NCBI GenBank assembly: GCA_004022145.1
Contig: RCNU01000019.1
Strand: one strand, 5' to 3'
DNA length: 64,000 nt
Source: Paecilomyces variotii
Lineage: Eukaryota
Numbering within the stretch: position 1 is the stretch's first letter; each line of letters starts with the position of its first letter. The translations under genes were made by a program, and so were the position numbers. Positions 12,962 through 25,600 of the stretch are shown here, in pieces. The notes beneath the pieces were generated by a model, which was given only the letters and a program-made list of their open reading frames with translations, was not told where the DNA came from and did not search any database.

Positions 12962-15900
12962 ATGGCGCAGAATCACGCTAGGTTGAAGAAACGGCGGCGC
13001 GAAGCTTTTAATGTTGATGTCAAGCTGGTCGAAATTTATGAAGACCTAGCTAACGAGAAAGATGAGATCCGATTGAAGGCAGCACAGGAGCTGGTCTCCC
13101 GGTTTTTGCCAGAGAACAGCCCGACAGATGATCAGATCCAAAAAGCACTGCAGAGACTTTTCCGCGGATTGTGCAGTAGCCGAAAGGCTGCCAGAGTCGG
13201 CTTTTCCATCGCCTTAACAGAGATTCTGTCCCAGATTTTCTCTCCATCGCAGAAATTGGCCTCTGAGTGGAGTGTCTCGAAGGCATTGGATATCTGGGAG
13301 TCACAGTCTGATGCTTCCGGTAGCGCCTCCGGACAGGTACGTACTAAGTGAAGTAGGCTTTTGCAACAAATACAGAAAGTCGGGCTAATATTCCCTTCAG
13401 GAGGAGAGAGATCATCACTTTGGGCGTCTGTTTGGAGCAGAGGCTGTCATAAAATCTTCTGTTCTCTTCCACGCCAATGCCTCGTTCCAGGACTGGACTA
13501 GAGTCCTGACCGTGATCTTCGATCTGGCAAAGAAGAAGCCATGGCTCAGAGAAGAGTGCGGCTGGATCATGTACCGCTGTATTTTCGATCTAGCTGCTCA
13601 GAAGCTGGACACGAAGTACGTGGAATCTATCCTCGACCAGCTTTGTGCGAACGATCTTGCACGGACACCTGAAGGCGTTGCTATCTGGTTGGCTGCCAAA
13701 GACTCGTTCCCCAAGGCCAAGTTCCCACAGAATGTGTGGAAATACGAAGACCCTCTTGACTCTCGTGACAAGAGCACCCTTGCCAAGATCATGAAAGAGT
13801 CTTCTGATGTCGAGGCCCAGTCTGAGGGCAGTGGAACGAAACAGTCGGGAGTCTGGAACTCGAAGCTCCATTTCGCCTGGGATGCTGTATTGAGCAGAAT
13901 ATTTGCTTCCCCGCAGAAGAAGGAAAAGTCAAAGGATAAAACATCCAAGTCGTCGCGCACAAGTTTCGTCGACTTCTGGGTGGAAGTTGTCGACAGTGAG
14001 TACAACTGGTCTAACAAAATGCACAGCTAGCAAGCTAACGCAAGATAATAGATGGGCTTTTCGCAGCAGCCTCATCAGAAGAACGGAAATATTGGGGATT
14101 TCTCCTATTCATCAAGACTCTCAACGAAGCCCCTCAGAATTTTGCGTCTCTCGTCTTCACCAAGAACCTTATCAGATGTCTCATGAATCAACTTGCAGTT
14201 GAGGACCGGTATCTCCATCGCATGGCTGTTAAAGCTGCTAAGACTATACAAGGTCGTGTCTCGAAGGAGCCTGACTTTGCGGCAGCCGCGATTAACGGCT
14301 TGATGGGACCTACGGGATCCGTGAACTTTGACCAGATAACGAAGACCAAGACTGTGGAAAAGATCGTCACTGAAGCTGACGCGGAGTCACTGAAGCAAAT
14401 CCTTGTTCTGTTCGAGCGCCTAATTGCCGCGCCGGGGACAGAGGATATCAAAGCTGCAGCTTCCAGCCGTCAGAACCTTGCCAATCTTCTAGTCTCAATT
14501 GTCCGATCCCGGGCATCTGTCAAGACTGAAGAGGACGATTTCCACGATGCGATCGAAGCTATTCTATCTATTTTTGTCCGCTTTGCTTACTTCGTGGACA
14601 AAGGCGACAGTACTCAACCGCCTCTGACGCAGGCCACGCAGGAGCTCTTCCGCAACAGGATTAACTCATGCCTTAATAGTTTGGTCGGAGCCCGCAAGGA
14701 CCCGGCCAATCTCCCGTATACTGTGATTCGCAAAATTCGCGATGCTGCCAAGTCAGCAGAGTACGGTAAATTCATCATTGAAATGGACGACACGGTCCAA
14801 GAAGCCATTGATGGAGCATTCAAGTCGCTCAAGAAACTTGCCAGCAAAGTAAGTTCCTGTGTTTCTTGCCGCCAAGTGTATAGTCTAACGTAGAACAGGA
14901 AAAGCACGGCGAGAAGGAAATCTCCGGTATCCAGGCATTCAAGCTTCTCTATTCGATGACTATTCTGCAAGTCTACTACGGTGATGGCGATGCTGTGTCT
15001 ATGCTGGGGGAGCTTCAGTTCTGCTACGACAAATTCATCGGCAAGAAATCGAAGGATAACACTTCTGATGCCTCTGATGCTCTTGTCGAGATTCTTCTGA
15101 GCTTCGCATCTAAGCCTTCACAATTATTCCGTCGCATGAGCGAGCAAGTCTTTGGCGCTTTTGCGAACCAAGTCACTGCAGACGGCCTCCAGTCACTCAT
15201 CTCGGTACGTTGCCTTCGGCTTGTTTGTTTTTACACTCACACTAACAATACCTATTAGGTCCTGGAAGTCAAAGAAACCCTGGCTGGCCAGCAGGAGATG
15301 TTTGAGCAGCAGGACGACGATGAGGATGAGGAGATGCTTGATGCGGATGATGACGACGAGGAGGATAGCGACGTAGAAGTTGTCGATGCAAAGGATGAAG
15401 ACAGCTCCGACGAAGACGGCGAGGAAGAAGAAAGCGGCTCTGAAGCGTCTGCCGATGAAGGCGAGAATGATGAGGAGTTGGCACTTTTCGACGCCAAACT
15501 CGCTGAAGCTCTCGGCACTCACCGGGCCGATCAGGACCTGAACGAAGACTCCGAGGGATCGGACGCCGATATGAATGATGAGGAGATGGAAGCCTTGGAC
15601 GACCAGATCGTCAAGGTGTTCCGTGCTCGCAATAAGGCTGCCAGCAAGAAGAAGGACAAGAAGGACGCCAAGGAGAACATGGTGAACTTCAAGAACCGTG
15701 TTCTGGACCTACTCGAAATCTACGTGAAGAAGTGCCATTCCAGTATCTTGGCCCTTGATTTGCTTCTTCCGCTGTTGAAGCTCAGCCGGAAGTCTACGGT
15801 CAAGCAGATCTCGGGGAAAGCCAATGCGGTGCTCCGCGAGTACACGAAGCTCTGCAAAGGCTCTGCCATCCCGGCCATAGAGTCGACGGAAGCTGTCTGG

Positions 15901-16155
15901 GAGCTCCTAAAGGACGTCCACAAAGAAGCCAGCTATAGTGGCCCACCTGCTCATGCTTCGTCGTGCAGCCAAGCCAGTCTACTCCTGGCTAAGGTTCTGG
16001 TGGCGCATGACAAGGGAGCTATTTCGGGTGTTGTCGATGTGTATGCCTCGACGCGCAAAGAGCAGCTCCTCAGCAAGAAGTGCCATGTGCAGCCGTCCTT
16101 CTTTACCGAGTGGAACAACTGGTGTGTCTCGATGAGCAAGCAACTGAAGGATTAG
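12962..16155 (+). CDS. pol5: DNA polymerase phi / Pol5 (MYBBP1A-like rRNA biogenesis factor); about 4 introns
   Basis: EIYEDLANE...RLKAA...RLFRGLCSSRKAARVGFSIALTE, KKPWLREECGW, long acidic tract, NFKNRVLDLLEIY. Confidence 0.92.
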
Positions 16156-16557
16156 ACAGTTGCCACGCGTGCTCCGTAGCCTTACCCTTTCCAGTCATTA
16201 CACCCAGAAGATTATCCTGTATAAATCACACCACCTCCGATCAATCAGACCACCAGTAGGAAAAGCGCGCATACAACATCAATACCATATATCAATCATC
16301 GTAAATGAATAATATAATGTAAGGCAAATTTCGCGTCCACAATGTCGCTTCTTAAAGGCACGATTGGAATGACGTCGCCATGATGTGTAACACCGTATAT
16401 ATACGCTTGATAAAATAGATATATTTCCACGTTCCCTTCTAGCATATAACTTTCGATCCAGTTGGTCCTATTAATCAATTATATTTAATTAATTGGACCC
16501 TGATTCTCTCGGGCAGAAAAAAAAAAAAAAAAACAGAAAAGTAAACTCTCGGCAACA

Positions 16558-17714
16558 ATGGCATTCAAAACCGTCGCCCTCTTTGGAGCCAACGGCCAAA
16601 TCGGCAGCTGTATCCTCCGCGCTCTCTTACACTGCTCCAAACAATCTTTCAATGTAATCGGCTTTGTCGCACCAGGAATGGCCTCAAAGCTGCCTCAAGC
16701 GCCGAATCTGAAAGTTAGAGAACTCGACGTCACGAATATCAAGAAGGATGAGTTGGCGGCTGCGTTGAAGGGCGTGGATGTCGTGGTGAGCGCACTGAAT
16801 GGGAAGGCATTGGAGAGTCAGGTGGATATTCAGAATGCCGCGGTCGATGCGGGTGTGGAGAGGTTCTATCCGAGTGAATATGGGTTTCATCATATTTATC
16901 AGAAGCCAGGGGATGGAGCGGGGTGGTTGCATCCGGTGAGTTGGTTCTTTTTTTTTTTTTGTCGCATGAACTGTGAATCTCCAATTGGATATAGGAGTGT
17001 ATACTTTTAGTATACTTGTCCTAGTATCTATCTGTCTGCGTTCTGCTTCGGGTGACTTGGATGACCTGCCCAAAAACGTGAACTGTATATTAATATACAT
17101 ATTGCGAAATAAGTACTAACACCCTCCAGATGTGGAACCAAAAAGAAAAAAGCAACGATGCAGTCCTCCACCACGCAGCCATAACCTCCGGAAAGATGAG
17201 CTACACATTAATCGGCTGCGGCGACTTCTACAACCAGGACCGCGAACCGGTCTGGTGTCCCTGGACGCAAACCAACGTCGACAGCTACACGTTCCACATC
17301 ATCGGCGACCCCAACGCCAAAGCGGATTTCACACACCTCGACGACTTCGCTGATTATCTCGTCGCGACACTGCTCGAGCCAGAGAAATCTGAAAATGCAA
17401 CTCTGAACTTCCCCAGTGATTTCATCAGTCATGAGGAGATTGCGAGATTGTTGGAGAAGTATTCGGGGAAACCGGTCAAGAGAGATGTCATTTCGCTCGA
17501 GGAGATGCATCGTGTAATTGCGGATCCGAAACAAGCGCCCAAGGAACTGCAGTCAGGGAGTCCGTTTCCCGTTGATTTTTGGTTTCTGGTCAAGGGCCAG
17601 CAGGGGCAGGGGAATTTTTTCAGACCTAGGGGCCAGACGCATAATCATCTGTTTCCGAGTGTGCGCAAGACGACGTTTGAGAAATACTTTCAGAAGAAGT
17701 TTGCGGCGCGTTGA
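16558..17714 (+). CDS. NmrA-like / isoflavone reductase-family NAD(P)-binding protein; intron about 16936-17129
   Basis: VALFGANGQIG Rossmann motif, GVDVVVSAL, AGVERFYPSEYG, YTLIGCGDFY. Confidence 0.88.
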
Positions 17715-17950
17715 GATGAATTCCTCATGATTGGGGGAGGTGGTTACGGGATATTGTACCATATAATTCAGGTCTTCTCATAATTATTGGACAAGTTAAA
17801 CTAACAATACTATATAATGAATTAGTCACTCTACTACTTTTGGATCTCTTTTCATATATAGAGGGAAACAACATTCCTCCATCCGAACTGTTATGGAAAC
17901 CTGGAATATACAGACGTCCTCAATATCAATTCCCCAAAAGTCTCTCAAAA

Positions 17951-19057
17951 CTAGAAACCTGTAATATACCGATGCTGCTTCGTCTCGTTCAGCACCTCGA
18001 ACTTCATTCCGACATAAATTTCCCCCTCGTTGCGGGGCACGCTCAACATGCCAAAACACGGTTTATACTTGATCCCCTCGTCGACTCTTCGGTACGACAT
18101 CAGAGTGTTCCACGGCTCGTGCTTGTGCTTCTCTGCCGTATCCGGATTGACGTTGGGGACCTGGCATCTGGCACATCGGGCGACGACATCCACATCGAGA
18201 GGTCTCGCAGAGTCAGATCCGCGGAAACGCACTAGTTTCCACGAGTCTTCCTCCCATGGAACTGTGCCCCGGACGATGATATTCGGCCGGAACCGCTCGA
18301 TGGTGATGGGATCGGCACCCTTGGCGGTCAAGCGCGAATTGAGCTCTGCTAGCGATGCCTCTGACCCGATTAGTAGTGGAAGGACGTCTGGGAAATAGGT
18401 ATCCTGCGTGCGGCCGATGATCTTGGGCGAGCCATTACCGCGGAGGACTCGCGGCGTGGGACCCTTGTAGACCAGACAGACGGCGCGATTGAGGAATTGG
18501 GAAAAGAAATCATTCACTTCGGGACCGTACAGATGACCGTCGGTGTAGATATCCCATATCTTGACCTGTGCCAGGGTCGTGTGTGCGGCCAACCAGTCTG
18601 GCGACGGGCGCGCAGGGACGCGAACCGTCCGCGGTTCCTCCGCGCCTGTGATGCTAAGCTCGAGAAAGACACCATCCTGACTAAGACCGGTGTTGATGAG
18701 CGTCATCTGGGGAATCTGGCGGATAGTGAGGAATTCACGGGTGGTCGCGTCAACGAACATCCATTGGCGATCGAGATCGAGTCCGTGCATTTGCACCGTG
18801 GTCCTGTCGATCTCGAAACCGCGACATGATTTGATGGGGTAGATGCGCAGCGACACAACTTCGCTGGTCGACAGGGGTTTGTGTAGCAGTTGGAAGAGAG
18901 TCGATCGGATGTCGTGATCTGTGTTGCGGAGGATATATGACAGGGCGATAAGTGTCAGAAGAAGCAATATCGCCGCAGCTAGAGCGGTTGGAAGGGATGT
19001 GATAGTGGTGGTAGTAGTAGTAGTAGTGATGAGATGGTCCCTCGTTGTGGATTCCAT
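17951..19057 (-). CDS. MOSC-domain protein (mARC-like molybdenum cofactor protein) with N-terminal membrane anchor
   Basis: LRIYPIKSCRG, DRQWMFVD, ERFRPNIIV, EEDSW, CARCQVPNVNPDT; hydrophobic N-terminal helix. Confidence 0.92.
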   Translation of the reverse strand: MESTTRDHLITTTTTTTTITSLPTALAAAILLLLTLIALSYILRNTDHDIRSTLFQLLHKPLSTSEVVSLRIYPIKSCRGFEIDRTTVQMHGLDLDRQWMFVDATTREFLTIRQIPQMTLINTGLSQDGVFLELSITGAEEPRTVRVPARPSPDWLAAHTTLAQVKIWDIYTDGHLYGPEVNDFFSQFLNRAVCLVYKGPTPRVLRGNGSPKIIGRTQDTYFPDVLPLLIGSEASLAELNSRLTAKGADPITIERFRPNIIVRGTVPWEEDSWKLVRFRGSDSARPLDVDVVARCARCQVPNVNPDTAEKHKHEPWNTLMSYRRVDEGIKYKPCFGMLSVPRNEGEIYVGMKFEVLNETKQHRYITGF

Positions 19058-19998
19058 CTTTTTTTTCTTCTTTTCTTTTTTACTCTAATTGTCTCCTCCC
19101 AATTGAAGTTTTATTGTGATCTGTGGAGTGACAGACGTCAGCCGGTGCTGGTTCCGGGATGGTGTGGTATATCGACTCGGAGTAATAACAAATAGTTTGA
19201 TAACTAGCTTGGGTTTGTCGGTATGGGTAGTTAAGCTATCGTCCCTTTTTTTAGATGATATCTTCTGATAGGGCGTGTGTTAATATATGTGGCGACGGTG
19301 CACGAGCCCATGAGTCACGGAGCGCCGGGAGATATTAATAGCCATCTTGCCGATGAGAAGCGTAGCGTGCTTTTTTTTTCTCTTTTTGCATCGATTATCA
19401 TTTATTAGATATCATTAGTATCGTGAAGACAACGTTGAAAAGGGAAACTAATATCCGAGGTTAAGTAGTGAGTATTAGCGTCTCAATAATTATAATAACA
19501 TTGCATACATATGACTGAAACCACATACGACTACTGGTAGACAACACTTAGATAGACAGTCAGTTTGAATAATAATAATAAAAATAAAAATAATAAAAAT
19601 AATAATATGTGCGAAACTGGAGTCTGCCGTTGCTGGTTAAACTCGACGATCAGCACTGGGTTGTCTGTCACTCGTCATCGATCGAAAAGGGGGTTGATTC
19701 CATCTGAACACACCACTCGATCATCATCATATTCTTCTCCTTTGTCGCGTAACTAACTCTCCCCAGGAGCGTCTTTTTCTTTTCTTTCTTTCTCTCTACT
19801 TAGTATCTACTCCGTATCTCTCTCTGTCTCTCTCTCTTTCTCTGGACGAAGATCAATGCCACTAGTTAGCCGGCGGAGCCAATAGCGGAATCCGTGATCG
19901 TGGGCCAGCTTGCGGCGTCTGCAATGCAAATACCGCCATTCCCCTCCTCTTGAGTCCAGCCAAAGGTAGTCCAAACCGCCTTGATTAATAACTGAGTG

Positions 19999-20957
19999 AT
20001 GTCCGGCTCACTGGGTGAGAAGATGCTCTACACCTCAGGCGGACGGGGATCGATGCGATATTTCTTCCTTCATGGCAATCACGGTGCTCCATCTCTCCCA
20101 GAAACATTGATCGTTGAAGCAAGCGTCGTCGTTTTTGATCCCCACGGGAACGTGTAGGTTGGATGGGCTTTGAGGCCCAGTAACCCCCTCCCCTCTTCCC
20201 CCGCGCAACATCATATCTAAGAAGAAATCAGCTAACAGAGAATCAAAAAGGTTATACGGGAAAGAGTCTGTGGATTCCCCGAAGAAATATCATTTCGAAA
20301 ATGGAAAAATCACTCATGTGGAGGGTGAAGAATCTGCTTCTATTCCCGTCCGACAGTTGACGGAGACTCTTCTAAAGAACGTTTCTGTCCCGACTTTGAT
20401 CGTGGTAGAGCTCACGAGGTCTGTATGAGAAAATTATTCCCCCCCTTCCTTCCCTTTGGCTTGATCAAATATCTGACTGGTACACAGTGCTCAATCCGAT
20501 ATATACTGTCCAGATGCATATCAAATCCTGTAGGTTTTTATTTACGATTCTGCGTCATCACGCCCCGCCCCCCTTCCCAAAACTTTTCAGTAACAGGTTC
20601 TTTTCTAGAGCGCTTTCAGTCCTGGAGAGAAGTGACCGTCATTCTAGTCTCGATGATAGAAACTACATCATGACTATGATGCCGGTCTTTGTACCCTGCT
20701 TCGTTCGAGCAATCTCTCTCATAAGCGCCGGATACCTTCCGGGCAACGTCAGAGATCTCGCCCGAGAAGTGGCCGCTTACATGGAAAGCATCGATAGCGC
20801 GCATGAGTTTAATAAGTTTCTCGAGCTCTATCGCCAGCGGTACATTCGGAAGCCAGTCGAATATAATAGTCAGGTCCTTGAGACGTGTCTGCTTTATATG
20901 CTCAAGATGCCTTTCGACTTGGCGTCTTCTATTGACTATAGGTTAATTCGCTATTAG
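19999..20957 (+). CDS. MAT1-2-4: MAT1-2-4-like protein, 241 aa, 4 exons (19999-20153, 20251-20418, 20488-20529, 20597-20957)
   Basis: Manual splicing with GT-AG introns gives one continuous 726-nt frame: MSGSLGEKMLYTSGGRGSMRYFFLHGNHG...VSVPTLIVVEL...YQILFFSRALSVL...MTMMPVFVPCFVRAISL...MLKMPFDLASSIDYRLIRY. The gene model is well supported; the family call rests on my recollection of Eurotiales MAT1-2-4 (about 240 aa) and needs a homology search. Confidence 0.65.
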
Positions 20958-21628
20958 TCTTACTTCTTCTTCTTCTTCTTTTTTTTTTTTTCTTTTGCGG
21001 TCAATTAAAAAATACCCCCCCACTTCGCATTTAAAAAAATCCGACAGCTATGGTTTCTGGTCAAAGTGACTCCGTCAGTCTGCGGGACATGTGTCGATCG
21101 AAGTTTCGGTCGTTGGTTGGTTTATGACGGGATATATGATATGGTATGTTAAACCGGGTTCCTCGATTTCGCATAACGTCCTGTTGATGAACTCTTTCGA
21201 ATAGCATAGCGCGTGGTTGAACTTCGGTGCACTGTCCTCTTGGGAGATGATACTTTATAAAATACTTGTTTATCTCTCTAACATTTTGGCCTTGTTTTTG
21301 ATTAGGCAAAACTGGACGGAGAATACTGTGCGGGTGGATTAAAGGTTGAATCTGATCACGCGAAATTATATTCAAGATCAGATTATCCAACAGCTAGCTA
21401 GGTGTCATATGGTTGTGGGCCCTCTGGAATATGAAACCATGGAAAATAAAAAAAAAAAAATCAAGCACCGTTCGTTGCTGTGCTTGGGGAAAAAAAATTG
21501 ATATATATATATGCCCTTCACTGGGAAACTTTTTCACGATAGATACTCCCTGGAAGAAGCGCAGATTCGTAACCGTCGTCAAGTTGTATTCCAGCTGATT
21601 GCAGAAACCTAGACAGATCCTGCATAGT

Positions 21629-22600
21629 TCAAGTTTGCCTTCGCTCGTCGATCCAGCAGGTGACGAGGGCTTTAATCAAGGCTACCGCAGTCTCGGTTCC
21701 GACCTTGATGTTCGCCTCATCGTGCCAGCTAGGGACATGGAAGAAGACGACACTTCGGTCCCGACCTTCCTGCAGAGCTTGCGCCAAGCTCGTGTAGAAG
21801 ATGAACTCACAGAGGTACCGTCCAGCATCGTGGGAGATGCGAATATCCGTGCCAGCCGGGGCGAACGACTTCCACACCTCGAGGAAGTGATCATCCGCGG
21901 GATACGGACTGACTCGCGAGACCGGGGCCACGAGCGGTGCTGTTGGTTCGACAGCAGGCGCAACATCTGTCGACGTCGCTGTCGCTGGCCCCGGTCGCAG
22001 CACAGGTGGCAGTCCCTGTTCCTTCCAGATCTTCTCACCACTCTCGTAGCCCAGCTCCCCGTTGACATCTCCCATCCGGTAGTCATCCCGCCGCGCGAGC
22101 GTCTCTACTGACCAGTAGTTCCTCGTCGATGCCAGCCCGATATGGATGATCAGATCGGGGCGTCTGCCATTGTGAACGCTAGCGAACTCCTCGACAATTG
22201 CAGGGACAGTCGATCTCACGGCGGAATACGACACCGGAATGGGAGAGGGATGGGTGTAGATGGAGATCTGGCGAGCAGCCGGTCGTCCCTCAGGAGTCAC
22301 CGAAGATGGCTTCCCTGGGAGGACCAGCGTCGATGGCAGAGACGAGGCGACGAGCCAGGAGGAATTGACATTGTGGGTCTTGAACGGCTGCTCTCGTGGT
22401 CAATCTTGGATCTCTTCGGATGCTGGGAACACGACAGCTCACGGCCTCGATCCCTTTAGAAACGCGAAAAGGAAAAATGATGCACGTACGCCAAAGCCCG
22501 TCACCAAGACTGAAATATCCTCCGTGACCGTTGGGATCGCAGGGACACCATCGGGGAGCGCCGTCGCGGTCGGCGAGAACGCCGCTCCGTAGTCACCCAT
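21629..22600 (-). CDS. Pyroglutamyl peptidase I (peptidase C15); one intron
   Basis: VLVTGFG|PFK...NSSW, PDLIIHIG, SVETLA, SHDAGRYLCEFIFYTSL, FFHVP (Glu/Cys/His triad). Confidence 0.92.
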
Positions 22601-25600
22601 GACGTTTAGTCCCGACGATAAGGAGCGATAAGCCGGCGACGCGGGGAATCCGGTTGGGAATGCGACGGCGATGATCACGAGCAGACAGTAAATAAATATC
22701 TCGAAGTTCAGAAAATAAGGATAAGAGACGCGATATCCTGTCTGGGCGCACGCGGAACGAAGGGACGAGGGAAGAGACGAGAAGGCGAAGGACAGATGAT
22801 GAGGTCAAAGGAACCAGACCGACTCGGCAGTCGACTCCGACTGATTGGCTCACCTAACGCCAATGTTGGAGATATCCTCGGATGGGCTCGTTCGTCTCCA
22901 TTTGTAATCCATACAGGCGTCCTTTGGGGGATGGTCTGCCAGGTGAGGAGTCGCTGCTCTGGATAGCTAAAAGAGGGGAAGACTGTGCTCCCGCGCCAGG
23001 ATAGGCGGCGGCGACGCCACAAGAGCTCGATGCACCGTGAACCAAATGAAAAGGTGACATGTTGCGACGTCTATCGGCGGAGGAGGACCATTGTGATCGT
23101 GGAGAGAGCTGGTTCGGCACTGACCCTCGTCGCTATGCAGATATAGGCAGTCGATGCCACCGGTGACACGCACCGTGTACAACAGTGGGAGTATGACCCC
23201 TCTTTGGGTCTATCATCAGAATGAGTTTGATAAGATAAAACAGCATCAGTAGCTCTCCAGGTTATCCTCAGTCGCAGAATCCTTTTGATCGGATATTCCC
23301 CCTCTGCGGGGACGCATCTTGACAATGGCCGCCAACCTACCGCATGCTGGGGTACCTTTGGTTAGAGACGAGTGATGTAAAACAAATGATATTGAAGACA
23401 TGAATCGGAAGTAGATGTAGATAGTCAGAATAGCACTGTTCTTCCAGTCCTTTCGCACAACCTATTGTCTGGCCTATTAGCGGAGGCACGAGGCAAAGAG
23501 TGAGAGAAGGAACTCCCAAACACCAAAATCATGAGCTCCAGCCTTTTCTCTCAGTGCCAATCCCGCCAGGTGAAAGTGAAGTCCCCACCGTATCGAAATT
23601 AACACCATTTGGAGTAACGACGTCTTGAAAAGAAACGAGCTCCAGCTGGGGTCTCGATTCCCCTTTCTGTGGTCAACCCGATCTGGAGCACGTGCCCACG
23701 TTGCGGTGAGGATCCGGGGTAGATTGATGGAGGTGTATGTACAGTACATAATTATTCTTCACTGCATGCAGTTGGTGTTACATTCTGCATAGCATTAGAG
23801 TCCTGTTGACGACTTGTTAGTAGCCATTCTCATTGAGTCGTCTAATGTTTGAAGTCATGGATCTTAATCTCGAGTCTGGATATAGACATAGGAATATATA
23901 TTTCTGTTTGCAGCGATCGTAGAGATCATTACGCATGGATCAACGTGGAAATTGCGAAGAGGGAACTAACTCGGTGTATGAGCTCCCATCACTGAAGAGA
24001 GAGAATTAGAACGAGCACAAATCAATTATGCGTGAATACGCATCTCTAAAATCTTGAAGTATACAATCAAACTGCGTCCAGAGCTCGGATCGCTAGAGTA
24101 GCTCCCCGGAGCCGAAATCCAACTCCAACTCCAACACCAACTCCGCGCGACGATCTATCACAAATACCTCCTCCCTAAGACGAACTCATTGAGGACCTTG
24201 ATTCCTGTTCTGCATCTGATGTACGATTTTTATTTTTAGAATAATCTACATACGAGAAGAAAAAAAAATATGAGCTCCTCTTTTACGCTATGCTTGTCAT
24301 TGAGTTTGAAGCGATGCGAGTGTTTTTTGGCCAGTTAGAATAATTGGGTGGCTGGTAGCGATCTGACTGGGTAAAAATATAGTGATGCGGTCTGCATATG
24401 GGCGTTGTGACTGGGTCAAGCAGGAAAATTTAGGGTGAAAGCCAACTTTTTACTTCGTATAGAAAAGCAGAACATAGTTACTCTAAGAGTCTACAGTTAA
24501 GGGGGAAAAAAAAACGATCAGATCAGTCCAAGTGATCCGTCCACCGCCTGGTCGCGATCGAGCCTCATTGTGGCCATTGTCATGGTCCGTGGGCAGCTAT
24601 TATTATTATTATGGTACTGCACTGGCCAAGTTCGGTGGAGAGGATCCGCTGAAGTCGGGGGTTGAATCTCGGGTGAAGGTCCCAGGGCAATCCATGGTTC
24701 GGAGGAAATCTAAATAGATATGTCCCGTGTCGTTTTGGATCCAATAATGTTACCTACGAGTACGGAGTATATCCTGAAGAAAAGATAGTGACTGCTGGTA
24801 ACTTATCTCTCCCGTTTGCTGGGATGCTACTACCTAAACGGAGTGATTCCAGTTCGGTAACGAGTGGAAGAGTTTTGCTCCCTTTTTTTTCTTCTTTTCT
24901 TTAAGACGGCAGCAGATGTATCGGCTCCCGCGGGGAATGTGGATCGTGAGCCTTCTCGCCTATTGTACTCCATACGCCATGTTACGGCCGCAGTTTCGGC
25001 ACGTAGTAGAAGATCAACAAGGGCCATTGCGATATCAGGCGCAGGCAGGTTGCTTTGGGTGGGCCATGCAGTCGAGATAGGCCAGAGCAAGGTACTCCGT
25101 AGAAGTTCGCGGAAGAGCAGAGGCTTCGATCAGGGGTCGATGTGATTTCACCGTACATATGGTACTGCTGCTGCTACAGAAGGACAATCGTGAAAAAACC
25201 ACGCGCCCCGGGGGGGGGTGTGTTCTACTCTAGGGTCATGCGTCCGTTCAGAAAATTTCGAATTGTGCCTCACAGCCTCGCAGTGCAGGACGGCGGTCGG
25301 CCCGGTGCAGTTTGGACCTCTGTTGATGGACGCCACCCTGATATCACACTCTCCATGGCAGACGGCGTTGTGGTTGGCGTGTGTTCAGTTTTCCCTCTCT
25401 CGCCCTGGACAGAGACGCGCCGACTTGATTCCTGACGCGCGGGATTCCCTCATCAGTTTGAGAATGACTGACTCATTTGTTATTATTGTTATTGTCTGGC
25501 AATTGGCCCATATCAGCTTTTGGACCGTCGTGTTCACCGCTGGCTCGTGGTCGGGCATCTATGAATATGAGGCTTCCTCAGAGTTTGGAAGGCTTTTTAG

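Noticed and set aside
19100-19990. Remnant of an HMG-box MAT1-2-1 next to the MAT1-2-4-like gene
   Set aside because: No PRPxNAFILYR-type motif found; one - strand frame (GEWRYLHC...GFRYWLRR) is only vaguely similar and unconvincing.
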